Below, piece by piece: positions 1 through 14,362 of a DNA stretch of 64,000 bases. The notes beneath the pieces are model-generated. The model was not told where the DNA came from and did no database searches. It worked only from the letters and a program-made list of their open reading frames with translations. Within the stretch, counting starts at the first letter, position 1. Every line of letters starts with the position of its first letter. This DNA comes from the human T2T-CHM13v2.0 reference genome, Homo sapiens, in NCBI RefSeq assembly GCF_009914755.1, contig NC_060926.1. One strand, given 5' to 3'. A program made the position numbers and the translations under genes.

Positions 1-7
1 GAAAGTG

Positions 8-200
8 CACAGGATGTGGTGTCAGAGAAAACTCACCTACATGACTTCTTAGATGTTGATCTCAGGCCAGTTACCAAATTTTTCTGAGCTTCATCTCCTC
101 ACCTGTGAGGTAGGAACAAATACTTGTCCCAGCTGCTACTTAAAGGTTGGTGTGGGAGATTAATGAGCTAAGGGGTATATGAGGCATTTTGAAATTATAA
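8..200 (+). mobile_element. MIR-family SINE, degenerate
   Basis: Core resembles MIR (ctgagcttcatctcctcacctgtgagg...gagattaatgagcta). Confidence 0.55.
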
Positions 201-369
201 AATAGGATAGCCACATGAAGATATTCATACTACTACTACAAATTAAATGGATGATAACTCTGAATTTGTGTTTATGTACGTCCTACTTCTCTCCATTAGG
301 GAGCAAGGTTATCATTGTCCTACATCTTATATTATCTGGGCTACACTTTTGCATTCATAAATATCTCAG

Positions 370-602
370 AATAGTAGATTAATGCATGAACTTTGGAGTA
401 AGAATGCCTGGATTTAATTCCTGGCTTCATCACTTATCAACTGTGTGCTGATGGGCAAGTCACATAACCACTTTGGCTTCAACGTTCTCACTATAAAATT
501 AGAATGATAGTAAGATTCTTATGATCAGATAAGACAATGCATATAAAGTGGCTTAGCTCAGTTTCTGGCAAAATAATCACACAACAAATGGCAGCTGTGA
601 TT
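370..602 (+). mobile_element. MIR SINE
   Basis: ctggatttaattcctggcttcatcacttatcaactgtgtg...gggcaagtcacataacc matches the MIR core and 3' tail. Confidence 0.75.
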
Positions 603-1799
603 AATGTTGTTGTTAAGCAATATGAGAACTCCTTGAGTGCAGGGACTGTGTATCTTCATCTTTATTGCTCACAGCATCTATCAGTGACTACCAGGTAAGT
701 TTCATCAAATCATGTCCTCATCTAATTAGCACACATTTTGTAGCTCAAGAAGAATTTGTTGAATCATTGATTGGTGGACGGATTATGCTTCTCTTAGTTG
801 GCTTGGTCTCTCTTATAGTTGCTCACAAGTAGAACAGAACAAACACAACAGCATATTTGTGAGTCAGAAGGAGGTGTACTCAGCCCAAGGAAGCTCATTA
901 GCTCCACAAGCTTCATCCCACAGACATACAGGGACTGATGGAAGTCACAGTCTTTTACTCTGTGAACCTTGATAAATTTCTTGATGAATTAGCTGGTGTC
1001 ATTCATCAGCCTGCACTTGTCTCAAGTATTTGACTGAAGTCGATAAATCTCCTCCTTTTAAAAAGCCTTAACCAGTGATCTCAGATTTGGCCTCACATCC
1101 TTAAAATTAGAATGGAACTTACTCTATATGTAGGATTTTTTGTTGTTGTTTTGGGACTTGGTGCTGCAGTAAACCACCACCCTTTATCTCCCAAGTCAAA
1201 TGTCTGCTTTACTAAATGAAAAGTTACATCTCAACTGTCTTAACTTGGTTGGACTGAGAGGTTATATGTACATGTGGAGAGAAGCAGAAAAGGAAATTTA
1301 AGGGAAGATATAAAAGGAGTACATTTTAAACAAATATGTGATGACTGACACCTCAATTTTCAACATTCAGTAAAGAAAAAAAATAATCTGAGTTTTCCAC
1401 CTGGTCAGAGAGTGAGGAGCCCATCAAAAGACGGGATCTCTAAAGCACTAATGTCAGTGTGCTTACAGCACGATCACCCTGCTCTCAAATTTAAGTGTAT
1501 GTACACACAGACTTTGTGGTCCAAACAAGCAAGTCAGCCAGGATATGGTTTTTCATGTATTAAAGCAGATGGTCCTTAAGCATATGTTCCACCCTGACTA
1601 AAATCCCACCATTAGCAATTCAATCCTTTAGATTGGGCATTACCCACTTTATGATTTTTACAAAAGGCATATTGGGTTGGAGGAGCCAGTTTACAAATTC
1701 CTTAGACTTTTGGTGTCAATAAGTTCTTCAGATGCTGTTATCCTTACTGGGAAAGAAGAATTATGAACAAGATTTAAAAACCTGAGAGCTTGACTTAAG

Positions 1800-2260
<461 letters not shown>

Positions 2261-3829
2261 TTGAGGATGATAAAAAAAAAGTAAAATAAATAAAAAGTGG
2301 TTTTCTTATAGAAAAAAAACCTGGGGCTCTGAAAAGTTGGGAAAGGAATCAAGAGGTAGAGACTGCAAATTAATAAACATCACCTGCCATTATCATTCCA
2401 GTGTGCCTAACTCTGTGCTAGGTGCTTTCGAGGAATATGGGAAGAGGGAAAGGGCAGGATTAGTAGTCAGCGTGTAGTCAGTCAAGCTGAGACACTATAA
2501 ATGGGAAACAGAGCAAACATGCTGTCCTTATTATTCATACCTTGCATTTGCACTCACTTTTAACTTTTCAAAGCATGCTCACGTCCAAGTGCATATTACG
2601 TGTTTATAAAACATTTGGCATAAACAATTGCTATCTCTCTGCCCAGACTCTCTCAGAACCTCAGACCCACTGGGATGGCTAACTTCTGCTTCATTCATTT
2701 AGGCTTCTCTAGCATTTACCCCTAGCTCCTGGACTTTTCCTCTCTGCCTGCTTAACTTCTGGAATGGTTATATATAAAAACACATCTTTGGTCATTTGAT
2801 TGCTGTGTAGGCTGGCCAGGGTGAATCTGAGCACTGCAGGGGAGGTTTATGAAGTGTAAGATTCAGGTAATTTATTTGTTGGAAGGTGGACAGGCAAGAG
2901 GGTCCATATTCTATTTGAATCTTTTACTGTTTAAAGCATCTTATTAAGTCATACACAGCCCAGATGGATGTGGTTGTGATGGGCATGGGCTAAATGAGGA
3001 AATAAAAATAAATAGTTCATGCATTGATTGCAGCTTACCTTTAGATTGCTTCTTTTTATTTTAACACCATCTATTAAAAAAAAAAGCTAGAAAAATCCCC
3101 AGAGCAGAGCCACAAGGATATTTTTAACTCGAGTATTATGCTGCCTTAATTGTATCTTCACTGGATAGACAAAAACATTGAGTTACCAGCAAGGAGGAAA
3201 AAAAAAAGGCCAATTCATTTTCTGGTATATCTCTGAGCACTGACAAATATAATTCACTGGAAGGTCTCACACACAGCTTGCTTTGTCAAGGAGAGTCCAA
3301 AGGGAAAGTGTTGCTGAAGCAGAAGTTGTAAAAGATAGATAAGATGACCTCACTTGGCTGTTGATTAGAAAATGGAAGAAGATTGCGTTTGATAGCAAGT
3401 CAGAAATGCCTTGAGTAACCTCTGTCATATCTTAGCACCTGGAAGTCTTAGTTGCTCAATGAGAGGTACCAAGCAGAAGTCATCAGGACCATGAATGCTT
3501 GGAGTATCAAATGGCCAAGAGGGTGGGGGATATTAGAGATGAGAGATGTAAATGAGGGCATATCTGTGCTCTACCAAGCAAGGGAGCATCTATGACATAC
3601 ATCTTTATTACTATAAGCTTATTAGCTCACAGTGGGCCTCCTGCCTGTATTCTTACTGTATTTTCTTCGTTGTAATCCCTTTCAGCCAAGGAAATCCCAC
3701 TCTAACCTCATGGATAAAGCGTAAGTGACTGAGGTGTGAAGAGTTATTATGAGTATAAGGTTGGGAACATCTATAAAATTACAGATCTCAAGAACTCTGC
3801 TTTCTTTATCAGACTCATATAGCCCCTAC

Positions 3830-3833
<4 letters not shown>

Positions 3834-3860
<27 letters not shown>
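3834..3860. repeat. (AT)n microsatellite
   Basis: Pure AT run read directly. Confidence 0.95.
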
Positions 3861-4564
3861 ATAAAAACCAAACCCAAATAAAAGAAAGAAGCAAAAATTC
3901 CAAACATATAAATACAAAGCTAATAAATTATTCCCCTTCTGATCTGGGCAGTTCTTAGATACTGTAGAGTTTATTTTAAGGACACACCTAGCAAGTTAAA
4001 AATAGGGAGACTTAATGGAAACACTAAAACCACATCAACCCAAAAAGTGACAAGAAAATAGCTTCTTGTGTTCTTGGTTGAAGCAATAAATATAACAAAA
4101 ATAGTTATTTTCAGAATATTTATGGAGAATAGGAAATGACATAAGGATTTTCACCTTCTAGACACTAACTCACGTTTGACCTGGGTCAATAATAACTGCT
4201 TAATTGGCCCAAATCTTATATTTCCCAACTGATGGCTAAGTTAATTTGCAACTTAACAGCAAGCTCAGTTTGCAAACCCTTGTACTAAAGCTACTCTTAG
4301 CAGGAGCTTTACCCAGAAATGAGTTTGCAAGCTGAAACTTGAAAGGAAAATAGCTCCAAGAAGAGGTTTCCTTCACTCTGTGACTATAGGAGTAGAGAAT
4401 CACTCTAGGTTCTGGTTTGTGGCAGTTCCAAGGGCTTAGGCACAGACATCCTCTCCTCTGATAATAAATGTCACCAAAGGAAGCTAATAGCTTTAATTTT
4501 CCTGTCAATCCCTCTTTTACCTTAGCAGGAACATGTGGGAAAATGGTAGATTCCAACTAAAAGA

Positions 4565-4750
4565 AGCCTTGTGTAGCAGAAAGGACCAGACTACCTTGGG
4601 TTTAAATCCTAGCTTCACCACATAAGGATACTCTGATGTTGCTTGGTTTCTTACCTTTTGTGAATGTCAGTATCCCTGTCTATACAGTGTGAGTTAACTG
4701 AGATGTAGTATTTAAAACACCTGTCCCAGAATAGGTGTGGAATAATTGCT
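4565..4750 (+). mobile_element. MIR SINE, degenerate
   Basis: ttgggtttaaatcctagcttcaccac...cagtatccctgtctata. Confidence 0.6.
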
Positions 4751-4751
4751 G

Positions 4752-5975
4752 ATTTTAAAAATCAACTTTGTTGAAGTATAATTTGACAAATAATAAAATG
4801 CATTCATTTTAACTCTTCCACCTGTTACTACTACCACAATCAAGATATAAAATATCTTCACCACGTTAAAAAAGTTTCCTTGTCTGCCTTCCCAGACAAT
4901 CCCTAACACCACCCTGGGAACCAGGCAACTAATCTTTCTGTTACCATAGATTAGATTTTCTTCTTTTTTGAGGTTCATATAAATAGAATCATATGGTATA
5001 CCTTCTGTGTCTGGCTTCTTTGCTTACTATAATGCTTTTGAGAGATTTATCCATGTTGTTTTACATATTAGCAGTGTATTCTTTTTTATTACTGCTTAGT
5101 ATTAAATTGTGTGGATATCATACCATTTGTTTACCCATTGGCCTGCTGATGGACATTTGAGTGATTTTCTGTTTGGGGCTATTATGAATAAATCTGTTAT
5201 GAACATTCTTGCAGTCTCTGTGTAGAAATATATGTATTTATTTCTCTTGGGTCAATATAAGAAACTGACAAACTGTTTACCAAAGAGGTTGTACAATTTT
5301 AAATTCTCACCAAACATGTAGGAGAGTTCCAGTTGCTTCACAGCCTCACCAGTAACCTACTATTATCAGCTTTTAATTTTGGCCATTTTAATGGGTATGT
5401 AATAGTATTTCATTATGGTTTTAAATTGCATTTTGCTAATGACTAATGATGAGCCTCTTTTCGTATGCTTATTGCCGATTCGTGTATCTTTTTTTGTGAA
5501 GTATCTGTTCAGATATTTTGCCCATTTTAAATTAGATTGTGTGTCTACTTATTTTTTACTTCTTTATATATAGAAAGATATGTTCTTGATACAAGTCCTT
5601 TTTCAGATATATGTATTGCAGATATTTTCTCTCATTATGTGATTTGGTTGTCATTTTCTTGATGGTGTCTTTTTTTACTTTTTTTATTGTCTTTTGAAAA
5701 GCAGAAGTTTTTTCTTTTAATGAAGTCCAAAATAACACTTTTATTTTATGCTTAATGTGTTCTACTTAAGGAATCTTTGCCTATCCCCTGATTGTAAAAT
5801 ATTTTTCTCCTAACAGTTTTAAAATTTTAGTTTTTGCGTTTAAGTCAATTATCCACTTAAAGTTAAATTTTGTGTATAACATGAGGTAAGGGTTGGGATT
5901 TATTGTTTTTCCAATATGGATACAAAGTTGATTCAGCATCATTTGTGGAAAAAAACTATTCTTTCCGTATTGAAT
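4752..5975 (-). mobile_element. Old L1M (L1MC/ME-like) 3' end and ORF2 C-terminus
   Basis: Antisense L1 3' motifs (ttgaagtataattt, ttgctaatgactaatgat); minus-strand ORF 5781..6026 is ORF2-like (YTKFNFKWIIDLN). Confidence 0.85.
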
Positions 5976-5999
5976 TCTAGAAAACAAACACTTTTGGGA

Positions 6000-6165
6000 T
6001 ATAGATGATGAGAGAACATTTCCCAACTCATTTTATAATACAGGTAGAACAAAATCAAACAAAGAAACGACAAGAAAATAAATATACAGACTAATATTGC
6101 TACAAATATAGATAAAACATTTTAAACAAAATATTAGCAAATCAAAATTTGTGTGTATGGACAAT
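6000..6165 (+). mobile_element. L1 ORF2 fragment in opposite orientation
   Basis: cccaactcattttat...aaacaaaatattagcaaatcaaa corresponds to the PNSFY...NKILAN region. Confidence 0.6.
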
Positions 6166-6432
6166 TTTTAACAAATGCAAATCAGATTATGTCACTTTGT
6201 TGCTCAAAACACCCCATTTAATCCCAATCACACTAAATATGACACCCAAATACATCCCCATGGTCTATCAGGTACTAATATGACCTCACTCCCAGCTTCC
6301 TCTTTGATCTTATGTCCTGCCAACCTCCTCTTTGTTTTATTCTTCTTTAGCTACAACATGTAGATGATACACTTTACATACTCATGAATGTTCTTTGTAC
6401 AAATTGGATTCTGACTAAACTATCATCTACCT

Positions 6433-6612
6433 CAGTGGCTTTCAATTTTAGATGTACATTAGAATCATCAAGGGAGCTTTAAAAAATGATTAATGCTTAG
6501 ACCTCGTCCTGGAAAAATGGAATAAAAATATCTGGAAGTGATACTTGGGTGTGTACATTATTTTTAAAGTTCTCCAGGGGATTCTAAAGTGCAGTCTAAG
6601 AAGAGAACCACT
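6433..6612. mobile_element. MER5-type hAT-Charlie element
   Basis: Termini cagtggctttcaa...agaaccact and internal acattagaatca...gggagcttt. Confidence 0.75.
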
Positions 6613-7844
6613 CAACGTCATTTCCTTGTTATTCCCAGGGACTCAAATCCCCTCTTCCCATTCAGAGATCTAACCAGTCTAACACTGGCCTTTCATTTTT
6701 CACCAGGAGCCAGTAGAATCATCAGCCTCTCCTTTTCGCTTTGAGTAAGCGGGACTCAAGGCTGCTTTGACCATTAACTCTCAGAATCACAGAAGGTTGG
6801 GTTAGGAAGGAACTTAAGTCATGTAACAAGGGGGTGCTCTGAAGGGCAAAGCTGAGTGGAACCCAAATTTTCTAGCACTGTTGCAGTTACAGTTCTGGTT
6901 ACCTGATTTACTTCCTTTCCTTTTATCTGTGCTGAGTGAGCCTGAAGAACTGAGAATTGGGAGGATCCTCAACTTTTTTAATGTGTTTGCAACAATTCTC
7001 ATTCAATAAATCTCTTTCTCTAAAAGTCCCTCTGTTAAGTTAACTTTTCTTTCCCCAGTGATCTGGGGGTGGAGGCTGGAGTGTCAGACTAGTGTTCTCA
7101 TTTCTATATGCAAATAAATCACTTGATTATATTTTTTGTCCTTATGTTATCATGAATATTTCAAATGAATTTTATGTGGTTCATATTTATGGTTTGGGAG
7201 CTATTTCACATTTTGGCTTATTGCCGCCTCATCTGCATATACCATATTTCAGCTGATGTTGATTGGTCTCATTTGCATATTCATCATGCTCCTATTTCCA
7301 AAGATATTTTGTTATAAACTAGCTTTCCCCCCACCTCCAGTGTTATAATAACACATAGATGTGTTTTTAAATTGAACTCATTTCCATACATAATTTTTCT
7401 GGTTACCATAAATCACCACATTGTCACCTACTCCCCCCACCCTATTCAATGTAATCTTCACACTTTATACCAAGCTGACATATGGCTCCGAAGTAATTAA
7501 AGACAATGTAAACAGTTTACAGTGCACTTTGCAAAGCCACTTCATGTTGCAGAGAGTTTAATGATTTCTTTTTTCCCCCCACAAAGTCTCAAAGCAATGA
7601 AGAATAGGGAGGTTTGAGATAGTGATGCAGATAAAAGCTAAGGCATGAACAGTGGCCATTTCATTTCTAATGCACAAACTTCTATTCCTGGTTCTTAAAA
7701 AAAAGAAAAAAAACAGTCCTTTCCCTGTTGACTTCTGATAGAAGTAGAGGAGGCTGGGTTAAACTGGGATAATAAATGAGGAAGAATCATCAGCAAGGGT
7801 TGGGGAATTTTTCCCAATCATTTTAACAAGAGGATGGGAGTAAG

Positions 7845-8040
7845 AAATAAACTCATCAAATGCCCATGTTGTTTCAGATACTGAGATTGAGTATTAAGGG
7901 CCTTGACAACTCTATGACATAGACCTTAGTATTAACATTTTCCAGATTAGGGAGATTAGTATTAGAGAAGTTGAAACACTTGTACAACATAGAGACAGAT
8001 CTAAAGAGAGAAGAAAATAAAGATGTGTGAACTCAGCATC
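7845..8040 (-). mobile_element. MIR SINE, degenerate
   Basis: cattttccagattagggaga...agagaagttgaaacacttgt. Confidence 0.5.
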
Positions 8041-9539
8041 TCCCCAGATTAGTCTAGTTCCATGTAAGTGAGGTACATTCTGCAATATCTTTTTTCTATT
8101 GCTTACCCATTGTGTTACCTTGGACAGAGAATTTGATCTGTTTAAGCCTGTTTTCTTATCTATAACATAGCACTAATGATGTTACCTATCTCCTGTGCAA
8201 CTGGGGGGATGAAAAAGGGTTGAATGTAGCTCTGTGGGTGGACCCCAGGAGGTATGCCCCCAGGCCAACCTACTAGCTGTGTGCCCATGTCTTGGCCTAA
8301 GAAATAGCCCACAGGTTGCTGCTGGCAGACATGCCTCCAAGCTGGCTAAGCAACCTTGCACCCACATCCTGAATCTAAGAAACAGCCCCAGAATCCACCC
8401 AAAGAAGACACACGAACCCACATCAGCCAGTAGGCCATCCAACCATGTCCAAGGCCTGCAAAACATCCCTGTGGGCCACCCCAAGCAGACATACCCCCAG
8501 GCCAGCCAAGTAGCTATGTGCCTACATCTGGGCCTGAGAGATAGCCCCAGGTAGACATGCTTTCAAGCCAGTGGAGCAACCATGCACCCATGCCTCTGAT
8601 CAAAGTAATAGCCACATGGCCCCAACCCCAGTGAGCCAGACCCTGAGTTGGCCAACGCACTGTGTGCACACATGTACCTGTGACCTGACAGACAGTCTAG
8701 CAAGCCCACCCCTAGTAAAGCCACAGCACAACAACTGCAGACTCTCTCAGCTTAGGCTGCTGAGACACTCGCAAACATTACTAGCATGGATTACAGAAAA
8801 AGAAATGACACAGATACTACACTATTGTATCCACCTAGAACAAAAGTCAAAGCACCTCACCAAAACAACACCCCAAGACTCATCCAAATGAATGTCTTTT
8901 CTTATAAAACCTACTTCATAAAATTGGAACAGGTGACTGTTTGACCAGATGCATAAAAATCAATGTAGGGATACATCAAAGATGAAAAAGCAAGGAAACA
9001 TGACACCTTAAAGGAACACAGTGACTCTCCAGTCACAGACCCTAATTATAAAGAAATATATAAAATGCCAGAAAAAGAATTGAAAATAATAATTAAGGAA
9101 ACTCAGTGAGATACAAGAGAATACAGATAGACAATTTAATCAAATCAGGAAAACAACTCATAACTTGAGTGAGAAAAGTGGCAAAGAGATATCACAAAAA
9201 AAGAGCCAAACAGAAATCTTACAGCTTAAAAAATCAATTAATAAAATATAAAAGGAACCAGCTGAGAGCTTCAACAACAGATTGACCAAGCAGAAGAAAA
9301 AATACCTGAACTTGAAGACAGGTCTTTTGAAAGAACACAGGCACAATAAATAAATAATAAAAAATAATGAAGAAAGTCTACAAAATTTATGAGGCATAGT
9401 TAACCAAATAAATATTCATATTATAGGAATTTCAGAAGGAGAAGAGAAAGGAAAAGGCATAGAAAGCATATTTAATAAAATAATAGCTGAAAATTTCCCA
9501 AGTATTGGGAGAGAGATGAACATCCAGATCCAGGAAGCT

Positions 9540-9540
<1 letters not shown>

Positions 9541-9571
<31 letters not shown>
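9541..9571 (+). repeat. Poly(A) tract of about 30 nt inside L1 ORF1
   Basis: Read directly; lies at gaagctc[A]ncccaaatag. Confidence 0.95.
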
Positions 9572-9573
<2 letters not shown>

Positions 9574-12258
9574 CAAATAGGGTCAATCCCAAAAGTTCTT
9601 TCCAAGGCACATTACAGTCAAATAGTCAAAAGTCAAAGAAAAAGGCAAACTTCTAAAAACAGGAAGAGAAAAGCCTCAAGTCACATATTAAAAAATCCAC
9701 ATTGGATGAAGAGTAGATTTCTTAGCACAAACATTACAGGCCAGGGGAGAATAGGATGATATATTCAAAGTACTAAAAGAAAAAGCTGCGAGACAAGAAT
9801 ACTATACCCAGCAAAGCTACATTTCAGAAATGAAGGAGAAATATAACATTTCATGGACAAGAAAAAAATAAGGGAATTGATCACAACTAGACCTGCCAAA
9901 CAAGAAATGCTTAAAGGAGTATTACATCTGGAAGTAAAAAGACTGAAACCAACATCATGACAACATGCAAAACTCTAAAACTCACTGTTAGACTTGATAC
10001 ACAAAGGACAAAGAGAAAGGAATCAAGCCTATCACTACAGAAAACCACCTAATTGCAATAATTAAAAATAAGAGAGGAAGTAAGAAACAAAGGATATACA
10101 AAACAAGCAGATAACAATTAATTGCAAGAGTAAGTCCTCACCTATTAATAATAATCTTGAATGTAAATAGATTAAATTTCCCATTTAAAACATATAGACT
10201 GGTGAAATAGATTTTTTTAAAAGACCCAAATATATGCTGCCTACAAGAAACTTACTTTACCTGTAAAGACACATAGACTGAAATTGAAAGGATTGAAAAA
10301 AGATAATCCTTATAAACAAAACCCTAAAGTGAGCAGGAATAGCTATACTTACATCAGAAAAACAGACTTAAGTTAAAAGATGTAAAAAGAGACACAAATT
10401 AACATTATAAAATAATAAAGGGATCAATTCAGCAAGAAATCATTACAATTGGAATATATATATATATATATATATATATCCAACACCAGAGCACACAGAT
10501 ATAAAAAGCAAATATTATTAGACCTAAAGGGAGAGATAGACCGCAATACATTAGTAGTTGGAGACTTCAACACCCTACTCTCAGCATTAGACAGATTGTT
10601 TAGAGTGAAAATCAACAAAGAAACATTGGATTTAAACTGCACCACAGACCAAACAGACACTTACAGAACATTTCATCCACCAGCTGCAGGATACAAATTC
10701 TCATCATCAGCAAATGAAATACTTTTCAGAATTGGCCATATTGTTTCTGTTAGGACAATAAACAAGTCTCAAAAAAATTTTAAAAATATCAAAATTATGT
10801 CAAGTACCCTATAATACCATAATGGAATAAACCTAGAAATCAATAACAAGAGAAACATTTGAAAGCATACACTACATGGAAATTAAACAGCACATTTCTG
10901 AATAATCAATGGGTAAAGAGGAAATTAAGAATAAAATTTAAATCTTTCTTAAATGAAAATGAAAACACAAAATACCAAAACCTATGGGATGAGCAAAAGC
11001 AGAATTAAGAGGCAAGTTTATATCAGTAAACCCCTATATGAAAAAACAAGAAAGATTTCCCAGCCTCAAATAAACCAATTAACACTGCAACTCAAGGAAC
11101 TAAAAAAGGAAGAACAAACCAAACCAAAAATTAGTAGAAGACAAAAATAATAAATATCAGAGCAGAAATAAATGAAATTAACACTAAAATAATAACACAA
11201 GAGATCAATGAAATAAAAAGTTGCTTTTCTGAAATGATAAGCCAAATGAACAAACCATTAGCTAGACTAAGAAAAAATGGGAGAATAACCAAATAAATAA
11301 AATCAGAAATGAAAAACATACACAATGACAGTAGCAGTAGTAGTAACATTACAATGTTTACTAAAAAAATACAAAGGATCATTAAAGATTGCTATGAACA
11401 AGTATACACCAATAAATTTGAAAACCTGGATAAAGTCCTAGACAAATACAACCCACCAAGATTGAACCAAGAATAAATAGAAAATCTGAATAGACCAATA
11501 ATAAGTGACAAGTTTGAACAGGTAATTGAAAATCTCCCAACAAAGAAAAGCCCAGGACCAGATGGCTTCACTGCTGAATTCTACAGAACCTTTGAAAAAT
11601 AATTAATACCAATTCTTCTCAAATGATTCTGAAAATTGAAGCAGAAGGAACTCTTTCTAACTCATTCTCATAGGCCAGCATTGCTCAGATACCAGACAAG
11701 GACATAGCAAAAAAAAGAAAACGTAGGCCAATATCCCTGATGAAGATAGTTGCAGAATCCATAATAAAATACTAGCAATCCAAAACCAATAAGACATCAA
11801 AGAAATAATATATGAGAATTAAGTGGGATTTATCTGAGAAATGCAAGAATGTTTTAACATATGCAAATTAGTAAACATGATACATTAAAGCAACAGAATG
11901 AAGGACAAAATTCATATGACCATGTCAATATAGAAAAAGCATTTGGTAAAATTCAACATGCTTTCATGATAAAAACTCTCAATAAATTAGGTATAGAAGG
12001 AAAGTACCGCAACTCAATAAAGGCCATATATGACATACCTTCAGCTAATATCATGTGGATTGAGGAAAAGCTGAAAGCTTTTTCTCTAACAACTGGAATG
12101 TTACAATAATTCCCACCATCACCACTCTTATGTAACATAGTATTGAAAGTTCAAACAAGAGCAATTGGGCAAGAGGAAGAAATGAAGGGCATCCAAATTT
12201 GAAAAGAGGAAGTCAAATTGTCCCTGTTTTTAAATGACATATTATACATGGAAAAACT

Positions 12259-12565
12259 GGCCAGGTGCAGTGGCTCATGCCTGTAATCCCAGCACATTGG
12301 GAGGCTGAGGCAGGTGGATCACGAGGTCAGGAGATTGAGAACATCCTGGCCAACATGGTGAAACCCTGTCTCTACTAAAATACAAAAAATTAGCCAGGCA
12401 TGGTGGTGCATGCCTGTAGTCCCAGCTACTTGGGAGGCTGAGGCAGGGGAATCGCTGGAACCGGGAGGCAGAGGTTGCAGTGAGCAGAGATCGAGCCACT
12501 GCACTCCAGCTTGGTGACAGAGCAAGACTCTGTTTCAACACCCTCCTCCCCACCTAAAAAAAACC
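12259..12565 (+). mobile_element. AluS (AluSc-like) inside L1 ORF2
   Basis: ggatcacgaggtcaggagattgagaacatcctggccaacatgg; degenerate C-rich tail. Confidence 0.93.
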
Positions 12566-12918
12566 TTTAAGAACTGTTAAACAAATTCAGTAAAGTTGAA
12601 AGATACAAAATCAACCAACAAAAATCAGTAGCATTTCTATCCACTAGCAATAAACTACCTGAAAAAAAAATAAAGAAGCCCATTCCATTTACAAAAACTA
12701 CAAAACAAAACAAAACCCTATGAATAAATTTAACTCAAGTGGAAAAAGGCCTCTACAGGGAAAACCACAAAACACTAATGAGGTAAATTGAAAAGGATAC
12801 AAACCAATGGAAAAACATCCCAAGCTCATGGATGTGAATAATCAGTATTGTTAAAATGACCTTACTAACTAAAGCAATCTAAAGATTCAATGCAATTACT
12901 ATCAAAATACCAATGCAG

Positions 12919-13225
12919 TTCTAGGCACAGTGGCCCACACTTGTAACTCCAGCACTTTGGGTGATTGGGGCAGAATGATCCCTTGAGTCCAGGAGTTCAA
13001 GAGCAGCCTGGGCAACATAATCCCCATCTATGCAAGAAAATAAAAAAATAGCTGAGTATGGTGGCACATGCCTGTAGTACTAGCTACTTGGGAGGCTAAG
13101 GTAGGAAGATTACTTGAGCCCAGGAGTTTGAGGCTGCAGTGAGCCATAACTGAGCCATGATCACACTCCTGCCTGACTAAGACCTTGTCTCTAAAAATTA
13201 AAAAAATAATAATAAAATAAAACAG
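12919..13225 (+). mobile_element. AluJ inside L1 ORF2
   Basis: cttgagcccaggagtttgaggctgcagtgagc is J-type; A-rich tail. Confidence 0.88.
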
Positions 13226-13582
13226 CCAACAACAATGCCGTCATTCACAGAAGTAGAAAAAAAAATTTAAATTTGTACGGAACCACAAAACATCCTGCAT
13301 GGCCAAAGTAAGCCTAATCAAAAAAGAACAAAGTTGGCAGCATCAAACTACCAGACTTCAAAATATAATACAAAGTTATAGTAACCAAAACAGCATGGTA
13401 CTGGGGGAAAAAAAAAACAGACAAATAGACCAATGGAACAGAATAGAGAATCCGTAAATTAATGCACGTATCTATAGCCAACTGATTTTTGACAAAGGTG
13501 CCAAGAACATTCACTGGAGAAAGGACGGTTTCATAAATGATGCTGGGAAAACTGGATATCCACATGTAGAAGACTGATACTA

Positions 13583-13663
13583 TTAGGCTGGTGCAAAGGT
13601 AACTGTGATTTTTGCTATTAGAAAGTAATGGCAAAAACTGCAATTACTTTTATATCAACCTAA
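13583..13663. mobile_element. MADE1 (Hsmar1-derived MITE)
   Basis: 81-bp imperfect palindrome ttaggctggtgcaaaggtaa...ttacttttatatcaacctaa, preceded by TA. Confidence 0.9.
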
Positions 13664-14362
13664 CAGATGCCCCCTTTCACCTCTCATTCTATACAAAAAT
13701 CAACTCAACATGGATCAAATTCCTAAATATACGTCCAAAAATGATAAAACTGCAAGAAGAAAACATGGAGGAAGTGCTTGAGGACTTTGGTTTCGGAAAA
13801 GATTTCATGAATAAGACATCAAAAGCACAGGAAACAAAATCAAAAATAAAGGGGATTATATCAAACCAAAAAGCTGCAGAGCCAATGAAACAATCAATAT
13901 AGTGAAAAGACAACCACAGAATGGGAGAATATGTTTGCCAAGTACTCATTTGACAGGGCATTAATATCCAGAATATATAAGAAACTCAAACAAAAAAATA
14001 CCAAAAAAATTTGATTAAAATATAAGCAAGTGATCTGAACAGATATTTCTGAAAAGAAGACATATAAATGGCCAACACATATATGGAAAAATGCTCCACA
14101 TCACTAATCATCAGAGAAATGCAAATCAAACCATAATGAGGTATCATCTCACACCATTTGGGATGGTTATTAAACGAAAAAAATACCGGTGAGGATGCAG
14201 AGAAAAAGGTACCCTTACATATTGTTCGTGGGACTATAAACAGTAAAGCCACTATGGAAAACAGTATAAAAAGGTTATTCAAAACACTGCAAATACAACT
14301 ACCATATGATCCCATTAGGTATTAGCAAAAGGAAAAAAAAACAAAAACAAAAACTCAGTATC

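Larger units (their letters stand above)
8230..14362 (+). mobile_element. Old near-full-length L1 (L1MA/L1PB-age), copy A: monomeric 5'UTR, decayed ORF1 (~8950-9950) and ORF2 (~10125-14330)
   Basis: ORF track fragments match ORF2 (VGDFNTLLSALDR; [23 protein letters not shown]); many stops and frameshifts; hosts two Alus and a MADE1. Confidence 0.92.
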
